A stretch of DNA of 54,556 nucleotides from an uncultured Candidatus Saccharibacteria bacterium (lineage in GTDB: Bacteria; Patescibacteriota; Minisyncoccia; Phycocordibacterales; Zambryskibacteraceae). Made by a program: the position numbers and the translations under genes. The DNA is taken from contig CAZXQA010000001.1 in assembly GCA_964642835.1 (NCBI GenBank), forward strand, positions 268,831-323,386, in the 5' to 3' direction. Shown here piece by piece: positions 47,438 to 54,556 of this stretch. The notes under the pieces are model-generated. The model searched no databases and was not told the DNA's origin. It saw only the letters and a program-made list of their open reading frames with translations. Within the stretch, counting starts at the first letter, position 1. Each line of letters starts with the position of its first letter.

Positions 47438-47692
47438 GTATAAAGCACCTTCAGTGCCATTGCCCACAAGAGAGCCTCCGCGCTCAATCCACAGGTTGTA
47501 TCGAATTCCGCATCGTAATGCGATAGTGCTCTATACCAAGTATCTTCATTTTTTTGAAGTGTCTGCATACACCACCCTACCCTTGTCCTTAGACAAGGAT
47601 AATCTCGATGCATGGATACTGGGGTCGGTAGCGGGGAACCTTAATCCCCCACATATTCACCTACTGCCATTGCAGATTATATCAAAACGAAA

Positions 47693-47723
47693 GGCCCGGA
47701 CACCCATTTTTGGATGCCGGGCC
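47693..47723 (-). terminator. intrinsic terminator of the DGR target gene
   Basis: On the minus strand, the ggcccggcatcc-aaaaat-gggtgtccgggcc hairpin is followed by tttcgtttt. Confidence 0.65.
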
Positions 47724-47778
47724 CGAAGGGCAAAGGTCAAAGGATCTGAAGAAGATCCAAGTGACCAAGTCCTAAGTA

Positions 47779-48453
47779 CTAGTCTTGCGGGACGAGGAAC
47801 ACGAAACCGAGCTCACGACCCCACCTGTCGTCAGCGAAGCCGCTGCAGGCGCTCAGCCAGCGACCACGGCCGTCGCGATCGATGCCGAGAACGTCCGGGC
47901 CGCCGCCCGAACCGGTGATGGGCTCGTGCATGACGATGAGCCACCACAAACCCATCGCTTCGAGATCGTCGTCGGAGACCATCTCCCGGAGGAGCGGTGC
48001 GACTTCGACCGGAGGCGTCAGGTATCCGCGCTTCTTGGCTTCCTCGCGGATCTTCGAGGTGAGGCGATCGTTGTCTTCGAACTCGTCGCCCTTGATCACG
48101 ACCAGCTTGTACGTCTTGCCGTTGGTGGAGACGAACTTGTCGCTCCGGAGCAACTGCTTGGCGTAGTCGCCGACGTTGTAGTTGGCGGTCGTGAGCGATT
48201 CGATGAACTGCTCGCCGGTGCGGCCGTCCGTGGTCACGTGCCGAACGATCATGTTGCTGATCATCTCGACGCGCTTGCGGAAGACCGAGTAGAGCTCCGG
48301 CCAGATGTCGTTGTTGCCGAGCACCTGCTGGACTGCGTCCGTCGGAAGCTCCGCGCGGAAGCGCTTGAGAATCGAACGGAACAGCTCTCCGGCCTTGTCG
48401 ATCTGGCCGTCGGTCATCTGCGTATCCACGGATGGGGTCACGGTCTTTGCCAT
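47779..48453 (-). CDS. DGR variable (target) protein, 224 aa, VR at extreme C-terminus
   Basis: AAAGGAGG lies 8 nt upstream of the ATG. The gene is GC-rich. The last ~45 codons are the VR. No signal peptide or TM segment is visible. Confidence 0.85.
   Translation of the reverse strand: MAKTVTPSVDTQMTDGQIDKAGELFRSILKRFRAELPTDAVQQVLGNNDIWPELYSVFRKRVEMISNMIVRHVTTDGRTGEQFIESLTTANYNVGDYAKQLLRSDKFVSTNGKTYKLVVIKGDEFEDNDRLTSKIREEAKKRGYLTPPVEVAPLLREMVSDDDLEAMGLWWLIVMHEPITGSGGGPDVLGIDRDGRGRWLSACSGFADDRWGRELGFVFLVPQD
47785..47918 (-). repeat. DGR variable repeat (VR)
   Basis: It is the counterpart of TR at an offset of 481 nt. Substitutions occur only opposite TR adenines, except for 3 nt at the 3' end (47790-47792, IMH-like). 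Confidence 0.85.
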
Positions 48454-48493
48454 GGCGTCATCCTCCTTTGAGGTGAGCTAGACCACCGGAATG

Positions 48494-48545
48494 GTAGTCA
48501 TAGCCAGAAAGTACCGAGAGTTCGGAGCCTTTTGGCTATGACTAC
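48494..48545 (-). promoter_or_regulatory. 12-bp perfect-stem hairpin in the predicted 5' UTR of the DGR target gene
   Basis: gtagtcatagcc (48494-48505) pairs with ggctatgactac (48534-48545) around a 28-nt loop. The loop contains a smaller ccga/tcgg stem. Confidence 0.5.
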
Positions 48546-48578
48546 ACGCAAGAATAAGTAAAAGAACTAGCTAGGTTA

Positions 48579-48607
48579 AGCATAGCACCTTTGGCGTGTT
48601 TTGTCAA
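48579..48607 (-). promoter_or_regulatory. sigma-70-like promoter for the DGR target gene (TTGACA-17-TATGCT on minus strand)
   Basis: The reverse complement of 48602-48607 is TTGACA and that of 48579-48584 is TATGCT, with a 17-nt spacer. Confidence 0.55.
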
Positions 48608-49021
48608 GTTCATGAATTTCCAAAAAATTTTATAGGATATGGGGAAATTAAATTTCCTTTTGAAATCTGGGGGTATGGGGGTGGGTATCTGAAAATTAGA
48701 TCTTTATGGCTTACTTATACTAACGTCCCGTATAAAGGATACCGGGGGTGAGTTCGGGGGGGGTGTATGCCCCTTACCCCTGAAAACTATAGTGTGCGCC
48801 CCTGTGGGGTAAATAGGAGCTATCTGATAGGCACTACCCAGCGAGGAGGAGGGAGTTTGATAGTGAATGAGAACGGAATGACCTTAGGGCTATGTTCTTT
48901 TGTGTTCAGGCCATGCCAACAGACAATTTGGACATGGGGTTAGAATAGCGGAAAATTGCAATAAGGTACATGTGTGGTACATTTTCGGCAGAATTTGTAC
49001 CTACAACCAAGGGGGGTTAAC

Positions 49022-50296
49022 ATGTCTGACGCGTACCAGGAACTCAAGGACCGCGGCTTCATCAGGCAAGAAACGGCACCGGTGGATGTGCGCCATCTGG
49101 GCACTCACGAGCTCATCGAAACGCTTTCAGCGGAGAAAAGGCTCAAGAGCGGCCAGACGACGTTCTACGTCGGCTTCGATCCGACCTCGGACAGCCTTCA
49201 CGTCGGAAGCCTCATGCCCATCATGGCCATGATGCATCTCCAGCGCGCTGGACACATTCCGATCTGCATCATCGGCGGGGGCACGGCTCTCATCGGAGAT
49301 CCGAGCGGCAAGACGCAGATGCGGCAGATGCTCTCGGAAGAAGATATCGCTTCGAACGGCCGGGGCATCCTGGCACAGCTCGAGCAGTATCTCTCTTTCG
49401 AAAACGGCTCAGGCGTCTTCGTCAATAACGCCGAGTGGCTCACGAAGCTCAATTACATCGAGTTTCTGCGCGACATCGGCAAACACTTCCGCGTCAACGA
49501 AATGTTGCGCATGGAAGCATACAAGGCGCGGCTCGAACGCAATGAGGGACTTTCCTTCATCGAGTTCAACTACCAGCTCCTGCAGGCCTACGACTTTCTC
49601 GTCCTTTTCGAGAAGTACGGCTGCACGATCCAGATGGGCGGCGACGACCAGTGGGGCAATATCCTCGCCGGCATCGATCTCATCCGGAAAGTAAGGCAGA
49701 GTGCATCGCACGGCCTCACCTTTCCTCTTCTCACTACGGCCAGCGGCCAGAAGATGGGTAAGACCGAGACGGGCGCCGTCTGGCTCGATGCAGCGAAGAC
49801 CTCGCCGTACGAGTACTATCAGTTCTGGATCAACACGGACGACCGGGATGTGGAGAGATTCCTCAAATTCTTCACCTTCCTGCCGCTCGGAAACATTGCT
49901 GATCTCTGCGCTGAAGGAGGCAGCCTCTTGCGCCATGCGAAAGAGGTCCTCGCCTTCGAAGCCACGCAGATCACGCACGGTTACGACGCAGCCGTAGAAG
50001 CACGGGAATCTTCCGAACGCCTCTTCGCCTCCGGCGGAAGCGGTGCGGCGAATGTCCCCTCGCTCTCGCTCACCAAAAGCGAAGCGGATCTTCTGAAACT
50101 CACCGAGATCCTCGTGCGGACCGGCCTCAGCTCGTCGAAGTCGGAAGCCACCAAGCTCATCAAGAGCGGCGGCGTCTCCGTCGACAACGTAAAGGTCACG
50201 GACGAGAAAGTTTTCCTCTCAGAATTTCTGAAAGAGAAATCTTCGCTCCTCCTGAGGAAAGGCAAGAAAACCTACCACAGAGTCGATGTGGAATGA
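49022..50296 (+). CDS. tyrS: tyrosine--tRNA ligase
   Basis: The ATG at 49022 follows AAGGGGGG. GFDPTSDSLHVGSL is the HIGH-type motif and KMGKTE is the KMSKS-type motif. A C-terminal S4-like domain is present. The ORF track's GTG at 48974 is less likely. Confidence 0.93.
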   Translation: MSDAYQELKDRGFIRQETAPVDVRHLGTHELIETLSAEKRLKSGQTTFYVGFDPTSDSLHVGSLMPIMAMMHLQRAGHIPICIIGGGTALIGDPSGKTQMRQMLSEEDIASNGRGILAQLEQYLSFENGSGVFVNNAEWLTKLNYIEFLRDIGKHFRVNEMLRMEAYKARLERNEGLSFIEFNYQLLQAYDFLVLFEKYGCTIQMGGDDQWGNILAGIDLIRKVRQSASHGLTFPLLTTASGQKMGKTETGAVWLDAAKTSPYEYYQFWINTDDRDVERFLKFFTFLPLGNIADLCAEGGSLLRHAKEVLAFEATQITHGYDAAVEARESSERLFASGGSGAANVPSLSLTKSEADLLKLTEILVRTGLSSSKSEATKLIKSGGVSVDNVKVTDEKVFLSEFLKEKSSLLLRKGKKTYHRVDVE

Positions 50297-50309
50297 TGTG
50301 AAATCGTAC

Positions 50310-50339
50310 AAGTGCATGGCTCCAGCCATGCACTTTTTA
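50310..50339 (+). terminator. intrinsic terminator
   Basis: aagtgcatggct/agccatgcactt is followed by ttttaa. Confidence 0.8.
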
Positions 50340-50425
50340 ATACATTGACACTCGCCTGATAAAACATTACTCTTTCAGCAGAAAGTAACGCTCCAAGACA
50401 TTTTCACTGAGACGTAAGGAGGCCC

Positions 50426-50965
50426 ATGAAGACTCTTATGCTACTTGCCGGGTTGCCGGGGGTTGGCAAGTCAACCATCTCCCGCCATCTCCGAGAAAAA
50501 ATCAAAGACGCGCGCGTGATCGACATCGACGTCTTCAAAGCGATGATCGTCGACCCCACCCTTATTGGCGATCAAGTCGATCCGCCGGAAATCCGCTGGG
50601 CGTGCTACCAACTCGCCCTGAACACGGCCTTCGGACTCTTCGAATATGGACTGACCTCAACCGTAATCATGGACGAAGTCTTCCATCTCGCCTCTTTGCG
50701 ATGCAAGGTCGAGAAGCTCTGCGCCGAGCGCGGGGTCAACGTCCTCTGGGTTGAAGTGCGGTCTCCACACCACGTGGTAAAAGAGCGCCTTCAGCAACGA
50801 AAGGGGCACATCCTCTCCCCGGAAGAGGCTCTGAATATTCATCAGATGTTCAGAGAGATCTTCGAGAAATTTCCAGACGCTCACCCAGGCTATATCGCCG
50901 TCGAGAACGACGGCAGGGATGTCGGCACTCTCGTCGACGACATCATGGAGAAACGAGCGGTCTAG
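50426..50965 (+). CDS. P-loop kinase/AAA_33-type ATP-binding protein
   Basis: MLLAGLPGVGKSTIS is the Walker A motif. The small size is typical of zeta-toxin/gluconate-kinase-like NTP-binding proteins. Confidence 0.75.
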   Translation: MKTLMLLAGLPGVGKSTISRHLREKIKDARVIDIDVFKAMIVDPTLIGDQVDPPEIRWACYQLALNTAFGLFEYGLTSTVIMDEVFHLASLRCKVEKLCAERGVNVLWVEVRSPHHVVKERLQQRKGHILSPEEALNIHQMFREIFEKFPDAHPGYIAVENDGRDVGTLVDDIMEKRAV

Positions 50966-50985
50966 AAATAGCGAAACAAGCCTCA

Positions 50986-51024
50986 AGACTGGTTCCGGCG
51001 CAAGCCGAAACCAGTCTGTTTTTA
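50986..51024 (+). terminator. intrinsic terminator
   Basis: agactggtt...aaccagtct, with an inner cggc/gccg stem, is followed by gttttta. Confidence 0.75.
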
Positions 51025-51036
51025 TAAGCAAAACCA

Positions 51037-51843
51037 TTGTGTTATAGTGGCGGCACAAATATGATGAAGCAAAGGGTCATCAACCAGAGCCTCCTCCAGG
51101 CGGCGGCGGCCGCCGGAAAAATTCTGCGCTCCGCTTTTGAGAAAGGTGTGACCCAAGAAATGAGTAAGGGTGCAGGCGGATCCTACTACGACGTCGTCTC
51201 CAAAGCCGACCTCCAGGCCGAGAAAGCGATTCTCAAAATCCTCAAGAAGAACCTCCCCGGTATTAATATATTAAGCGAAGAAACCGGCCTCACAGACCGT
51301 GGTTCGATGGACACTATCATCGTCGATCCGCTCGACGGCACGAGCAACTTCCTCCTCGGCATTCCCCACTTCTCCGTCGCCCTTGCGCACGTCAGGAACG
51401 GCGAAGTCATCGCCTCCGCAGTCTACAATCCTGTCCTGAAGAAAATGTACTTTGCAGAAAAGAGTAAAGGAACCTTTATCAACAAGAAGAAGCAGAAGCG
51501 TTCTCCCAACATCTCCCTCTCTTACGTCGCCATTAACTTCAGCCACCAGGATACGTGGCCGAAGAAAGGCACTAAGTTTAACTCCCTCTACAAACAAGGC
51601 ACCAAGCGCGTGCTCAACAACTGGTCTCCCAACCTCGACTTCTGCCTCCTCGCTGAGGGCAAGATTGATGCCGTTATCTCAAGCGGGAGTCTTATCTTCG
51701 ACTTTGCCCCGGGCCTTCTCATTGCCACAGAAGCCGGATACGGGCACTATCCTGAGAACGTACGTATTGGCAACACAATCGACGGCACCGCGAAGCTTGT
51801 CACCGGGCCGAAGGGTTCTTTCCTAAAAGCCTTACTCAAATAG
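51037..51843 (+). CDS. inositol monophosphatase family protein (SuhB-like)
   Basis: ILSEE...IVDPLDGTSNF is the metal-binding motif, with a C-terminal WD-type region. The true start is probably ATG 51061 or 51064. Confidence 0.85.
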   Translation: MCYSGGTNMMKQRVINQSLLQAAAAAGKILRSAFEKGVTQEMSKGAGGSYYDVVSKADLQAEKAILKILKKNLPGINILSEETGLTDRGSMDTIIVDPLDGTSNFLLGIPHFSVALAHVRNGEVIASAVYNPVLKKMYFAEKSKGTFINKKKQKRSPNISLSYVAINFSHQDTWPKKGTKFNSLYKQGTKRVLNNWSPNLDFCLLAEGKIDAVISSGSLIFDFAPGLLIATEAGYGHYPENVRIGNTIDGTAKLVTGPKGSFLKALLK

Positions 51844-51845
51844 TT

Positions 51846-52724
51846 ATGAAAAACATATTAGCGGGCGACAAGAAGAAGGAATACGCATCCCTCTTCGGTC
51901 TCTTGTATTGCTCGATCATCCTCGGCACACACTACATCGTGACGAAGCAGGTCTCCGCCTCCGTTGATGCACCCACTCTCACCGCCTATCGTTTCCTTAT
52001 CGCCGCACTTCCTTTGTTCGGATATTTGATCTATAAGAAGAAAGATCCTTTCGCAAACTTTAAGCCCGGAGCAATCCTGGGCTTTTTTCTATGGCTCGTC
52101 TTCATCATGATCAGCCTCGGTCTCGAGTACACGTCGGCGACAAACACGGGGTTCATCAGCGGCATCTTCTTCGTCTTCGTACCTTTCGTCGATTATCTGA
52201 TATTCAAAAAGAGACTCCAGCTATTCAACCTGCCGATCATTACCCTCTCTCTCGGCGGACTCTATCTGCTGACAGGCGGTCTCACCCACTTAAGCATGGG
52301 TGACATCCTCATCTTTCTTTCCGCGATCTGTACTGCGGTACACCTCTTGCTTGTCGGGTATTATTCGAAACAAGAACTTGATCCTGTCCTCGCCTGCTTC
52401 CAGCAATTCATCATGGTGTTTCTTCTCAGTATTCTCTTCGCCTTTGCCAGAGGAGGATTCCACCCGCTTATCCCCCCGGCGCAAATTGCTCCGCTTCTCT
52501 TCCTCGGACTTCTGGCTACCTTCTCGGTCTTCTTCGTCCAAATGCTTTCTTTGAAACGCGCTTCGGGCACGCACGGCGCCGTACTCTTATCGCTCCAGCC
52601 GGGCTTCGCGGCTTTCTTCGCTTACTGGCTCGGAGGAGAGAAGTTTTCCGGCCTCCAACTTACGGGCGGCTTACTCCTCTTCGTCTCTGCAATTATCTAC
52701 TCCATCTTCGCGAAGAAAAACTAA
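51846..52724 (+). CDS. EamA/DMT family transporter
   Basis: Ten predicted TM helices are arranged in two EamA-like halves. Confidence 0.8.
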   Translation: MKNILAGDKKKEYASLFGLLYCSIILGTHYIVTKQVSASVDAPTLTAYRFLIAALPLFGYLIYKKKDPFANFKPGAILGFFLWLVFIMISLGLEYTSATNTGFISGIFFVFVPFVDYLIFKKRLQLFNLPIITLSLGGLYLLTGGLTHLSMGDILIFLSAICTAVHLLLVGYYSKQELDPVLACFQQFIMVFLLSILFAFARGGFHPLIPPAQIAPLLFLGLLATFSVFFVQMLSLKRASGTHGAVLLSLQPGFAAFFAYWLGGEKFSGLQLTGGLLLFVSAIIYSIFAKKN

Positions 52725-53734
52725 AGGAGATTATCCGTCTCGTGGAAGAGTTTCTCGGTCTCGGAAGCAATGCGGACCATGGCTTCGACAGATTCGAGAG
52801 GATACTTACCGTTCGCGCTCTCATCCGAGAGCATGACTGCGTCAGCGCCGTCAAGGACAGCGTTTGCGACGTCAGAGACTTCGGCGCGGGTCGGCTGCTT
52901 GTTCTCCATCATCGAGAGGAGCATCTGGGTCGCGACAATCGCGCCCTTGTTGTGCCAGTGGGCCACGCGGATAAGATGCTTCTGGACGAAAGGCACCTTC
53001 TCCATTGGGAGCTCCACTCCTAAGTCACCGCGAGCGACCATAATCGAGTCCGTCGCGCGGATAATTTCATCGATATTTCTTAACGCTTGCGCGCTCTCGA
53101 TCTTCGCGACGATGCGAGCGCGGCCACGAACGATCTCTTGCACCGCTTTAATATCTTCCGCCGTCTGCACAAAGGAAACGGCGACATAGTCGACGCCTTG
53201 CGCGAGGCCGAATTCCAAATCCTTCAAATCTTTTGGTGTAAGGCCGCCGAAGTTTAAGTGAGTCTCAGGCACGTTTACCCCCTTTCTCGAGAAGAGCATC
53301 CCGCCACGCACAACTTCCGCTTCGAAGTCAGCACCCTCGATCTTGGTCACCACCAGCTCCATATCACCAGAGGCAAGGAACAGTCGATGCCCCGCCGCGA
53401 GCGACTGCATGAGAATAGCCTGGTCGATAAAGATCTTACCCTCAGCTTCACCGGCTGTCGTGAACACAACCTTCTCGCCCTTATGAAGCTCCCTTCCTTC
53501 CTTAGGCAATGTGCCGACGCGAATACGCGGGCCTTGAAGGTCTTGCAGAATAGAAACTTTCTTTCCTTGTTTGGCTGCTTCTTCGCGGATAATGGTGACG
53601 CGATTTTTAAATTCCTCTTCCGTGCAGTGTGAGAAGTTCATACGGGCGATGTCGAGCCCTGCTCTAATCAGTTTGGCCAGTGTGTCCCTATCCTCGGACT
53701 TCGGTCCGATGGTGGCAATGATTTTGGTCTTCAT
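52721..53734 (-). CDS. pyk: pyruvate kinase, A+B domains only (337 aa)
   Basis: KTKIIATIGP, ARMNFSH, MVARGDLGVE and ATQMLLSM are present. The protein ends about where the C-terminal regulatory domain would begin. Confidence 0.88.
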   Translation of the reverse strand: MKTKIIATIGPKSEDRDTLAKLIRAGLDIARMNFSHCTEEEFKNRVTIIREEAAKQGKKVSILQDLQGPRIRVGTLPKEGRELHKGEKVVFTTAGEAEGKIFIDQAILMQSLAAGHRLFLASGDMELVVTKIEGADFEAEVVRGGMLFSRKGVNVPETHLNFGGLTPKDLKDLEFGLAQGVDYVAVSFVQTAEDIKAVQEIVRGRARIVAKIESAQALRNIDEIIRATDSIMVARGDLGVELPMEKVPFVQKHLIRVAHWHNKGAIVATQMLLSMMENKQPTRAEVSDVANAVLDGADAVMLSDESANGKYPLESVEAMVRIASETEKLFHETDNLL

Positions 53735-53737
53735 AGG

Positions 53738-54313
53738 TTATTTCGCTTTCGAACCGAATCGATAAATCTTTCTTTTAATACGTTCGCGTCGCCATGGGGA
53801 GCCAAAATGTTTCAGATAGCCGAACTTCTTGACTCGAATAGGCGCAAATCCGGAGAACCAGAGGATACCATTCTTGAGCTCATTTGTCGTATCGCCAAAG
53901 ATCATTCGCTGCACGAGAGGCACTGTGTCCGAGGTTACGACCATGCGGGCGGACTTACCCTTCAGTAACTTCTTCCAAGAAAATTCGGAAGTAAACTTAT
54001 ACGCGAAGCCCGGCAACCAGGCCCTGTCGAAGAGTCCTTTGAGAAGAGCAGGCATTGTCGACCACCACGACGGATAAAAGACGACGAAGTGATCGCACCA
54101 TCGCACATTCTCTTGGAAAGCGACGAGATCTGGCTCAAGTTCCTGAACAAGACGATAGCCATTGTGAAGAATTGGGTCGAACGTCATCTCACCGATGTTC
54201 ATGCGACGCACCTCGTGTCCGGCTTCCGCGGCACCACGTTCGTACTCGCTCGCGAGGGTGAAGTTGAAGCTGTCGTTGTCAGGGTGGCCAAGAAGGATAA
54301 ATACTTTTTTCAT
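53738..54313 (-). CDS. flavodoxin-like fold NAD(P)H (quinone) oxidoreductase
   Basis: KKVFILLGHPDNDSFNFTLA...DHFVVFYPSWWSTMPALLKG is the Flavodoxin_2/NQO-type pattern. Confidence 0.8.
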   Translation of the reverse strand: MKKVFILLGHPDNDSFNFTLASEYERGAAEAGHEVRRMNIGEMTFDPILHNGYRLVQELEPDLVAFQENVRWCDHFVVFYPSWWSTMPALLKGLFDRAWLPGFAYKFTSEFSWKKLLKGKSARMVVTSDTVPLVQRMIFGDTTNELKNGILWFSGFAPIRVKKFGYLKHFGSPWRRERIKRKIYRFGSKAK

Positions 54314-54321
54314 AGATAGAA

Positions 54322-54552
54322 TTACTTCGTCATGATCTTCTGGAACTCGGACTGATGCTCGCGCATGACCGCCATCGTGGCCGCCATCTCGCTTGCCCCG
54401 CTCTTCACCCGCTTCTGCACTTCTTCGCCAATCTTTTTGAAAAAGTCAGGATGCTCCTCCATGAGGGCCATCAGTTTCTCCCGCTGATCGGCGGGAACGT
54501 CCTTTAATTTATATTTGAGGGCTTGGCCCAGGAAAAAATCTTTGATACCCAT
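54322..54552 (-). CDS. hypothetical small helical protein
   Basis: 76-aa ORF on the same strand as its neighbours. No motif recognised. Confidence 0.5.
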   Translation of the reverse strand: MGIKDFFLGQALKYKLKDVPADQREKLMALMEEHPDFFKKIGEEVQKRVKSGASEMAATMAVMREHQSEFQKIMTK

Positions 54553-54556
54553 TTCT

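Larger units (their letters stand above)
47055..48453 (-). mobile_element. DGR-like cassette without visible reverse transcriptase (Avd-like ORF, TR, spacer, VR-bearing target gene)
   Basis: See the component features and findings. The cassette lies between the housekeeping genes ychF and tyrS. Its GC content is heterogeneous: the target gene is GC-rich and the flanking spacers are AT-richer. Confidence 0.75.

Noticed and set aside
47304-48471. Plus-strand ORFs 47304..47918 (204 aa), 47785..48471 (228 aa) and 47882..48166, whose N-termini look like a duplicated protein (MRSEEHETVLT... / MRDEEHETELT...).
   Set aside because: The apparent duplication is the TR/VR pair read on the wrong strand. 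The minus-strand ORF has a strong RBS, a promoter and a terminator. The mismatch pattern (adenines on the minus strand) fixes the functional strand.
48660-48800. G-run clusters considered as a CRISPR-like array, tmRNA or G-quadruplex element.
   Set aside because: There are no regularly spaced direct repeats. There is no tmRNA tag-reading frame or tRNA-like ends. G4 potential is possible but unsupported. The region is kept only as part of the non-coding-region finding.
48880-49021. A possible T-box leader upstream of tyrS (tggtac resembles part of the GGUGGUACCGCG box; stem at 48965-49005).
   Set aside because: Only a 6-nt partial match is present. I could not find a specifier loop with a UAC codon in context, or the terminator/antiterminator alternative. 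An Infernal scan with RF00230 would settle it.
1-54556. A search for rRNA, tRNA and CRISPR arrays across all intergenic regions.
   Set aside because: No spacer larger than 100 nt showed tRNA T-loop/acceptor features, rRNA-like conservation or repeat-spacer periodicity. tRNAscan-SE/Infernal would confirm this.

Overview
This is a dense 54.6-kb window with about 60 protein genes, most on the minus strand. The content is almost entirely housekeeping. It includes a dcw-type cell-wall string (asnB-like, mraY, ftsW, murG, an S11 carboxypeptidase, an M23 peptidase), scpA/scpB and grpE-dnaK-dnaJ. It also holds the distal ribosomal/rpoA operon (infA-rpmJ-rpsM-rpsK-rpsD-rpoA-rplQ-rplM-rpsI) and seven aminoacyl-tRNA ligases (gltX, aspS, trpS, alaS, leuS, tyrS). 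Many proteins are domain-reduced: AspRS lacks GAD, AlaRS lacks C-Ala, pyruvate kinase lacks the C domain, L9 is N-domain only, and DnaJ has no zinc finger. There is also a sigma-region-4 plus HARE-HTH protein. I infer from this a reduced-genome CPR/Patescibacteria-like bacterium using the standard code. I found no rRNA, tRNA or CRISPR array. The outstanding feature is a ~2-kb GC-heterogeneous island between ychF and tyrS (about 47009-49021). It contains a 134-nt repeat pair whose 22 core mismatches all fall on adenines of one copy (minus strand). That is the template-repeat/variable-repeat signature of a diversity-generating retroelement (DGR). The variable copy forms the last ~45 codons of a 224-aa protein with no signal peptide. 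An Avd-like four-helix-bundle ORF is present but short and on the opposite strand, and no reverse transcriptase is visible anywhere in the window. Secondary observations are two AT-rich inserted genes (a DUF559 endonuclease with flanking inverted repeats, and a SAM methyltransferase), an integrase neighbourhood with a ~490-bp AT-rich spacer, and an asparagine-synthase paralogue sitting directly upstream of mraY.
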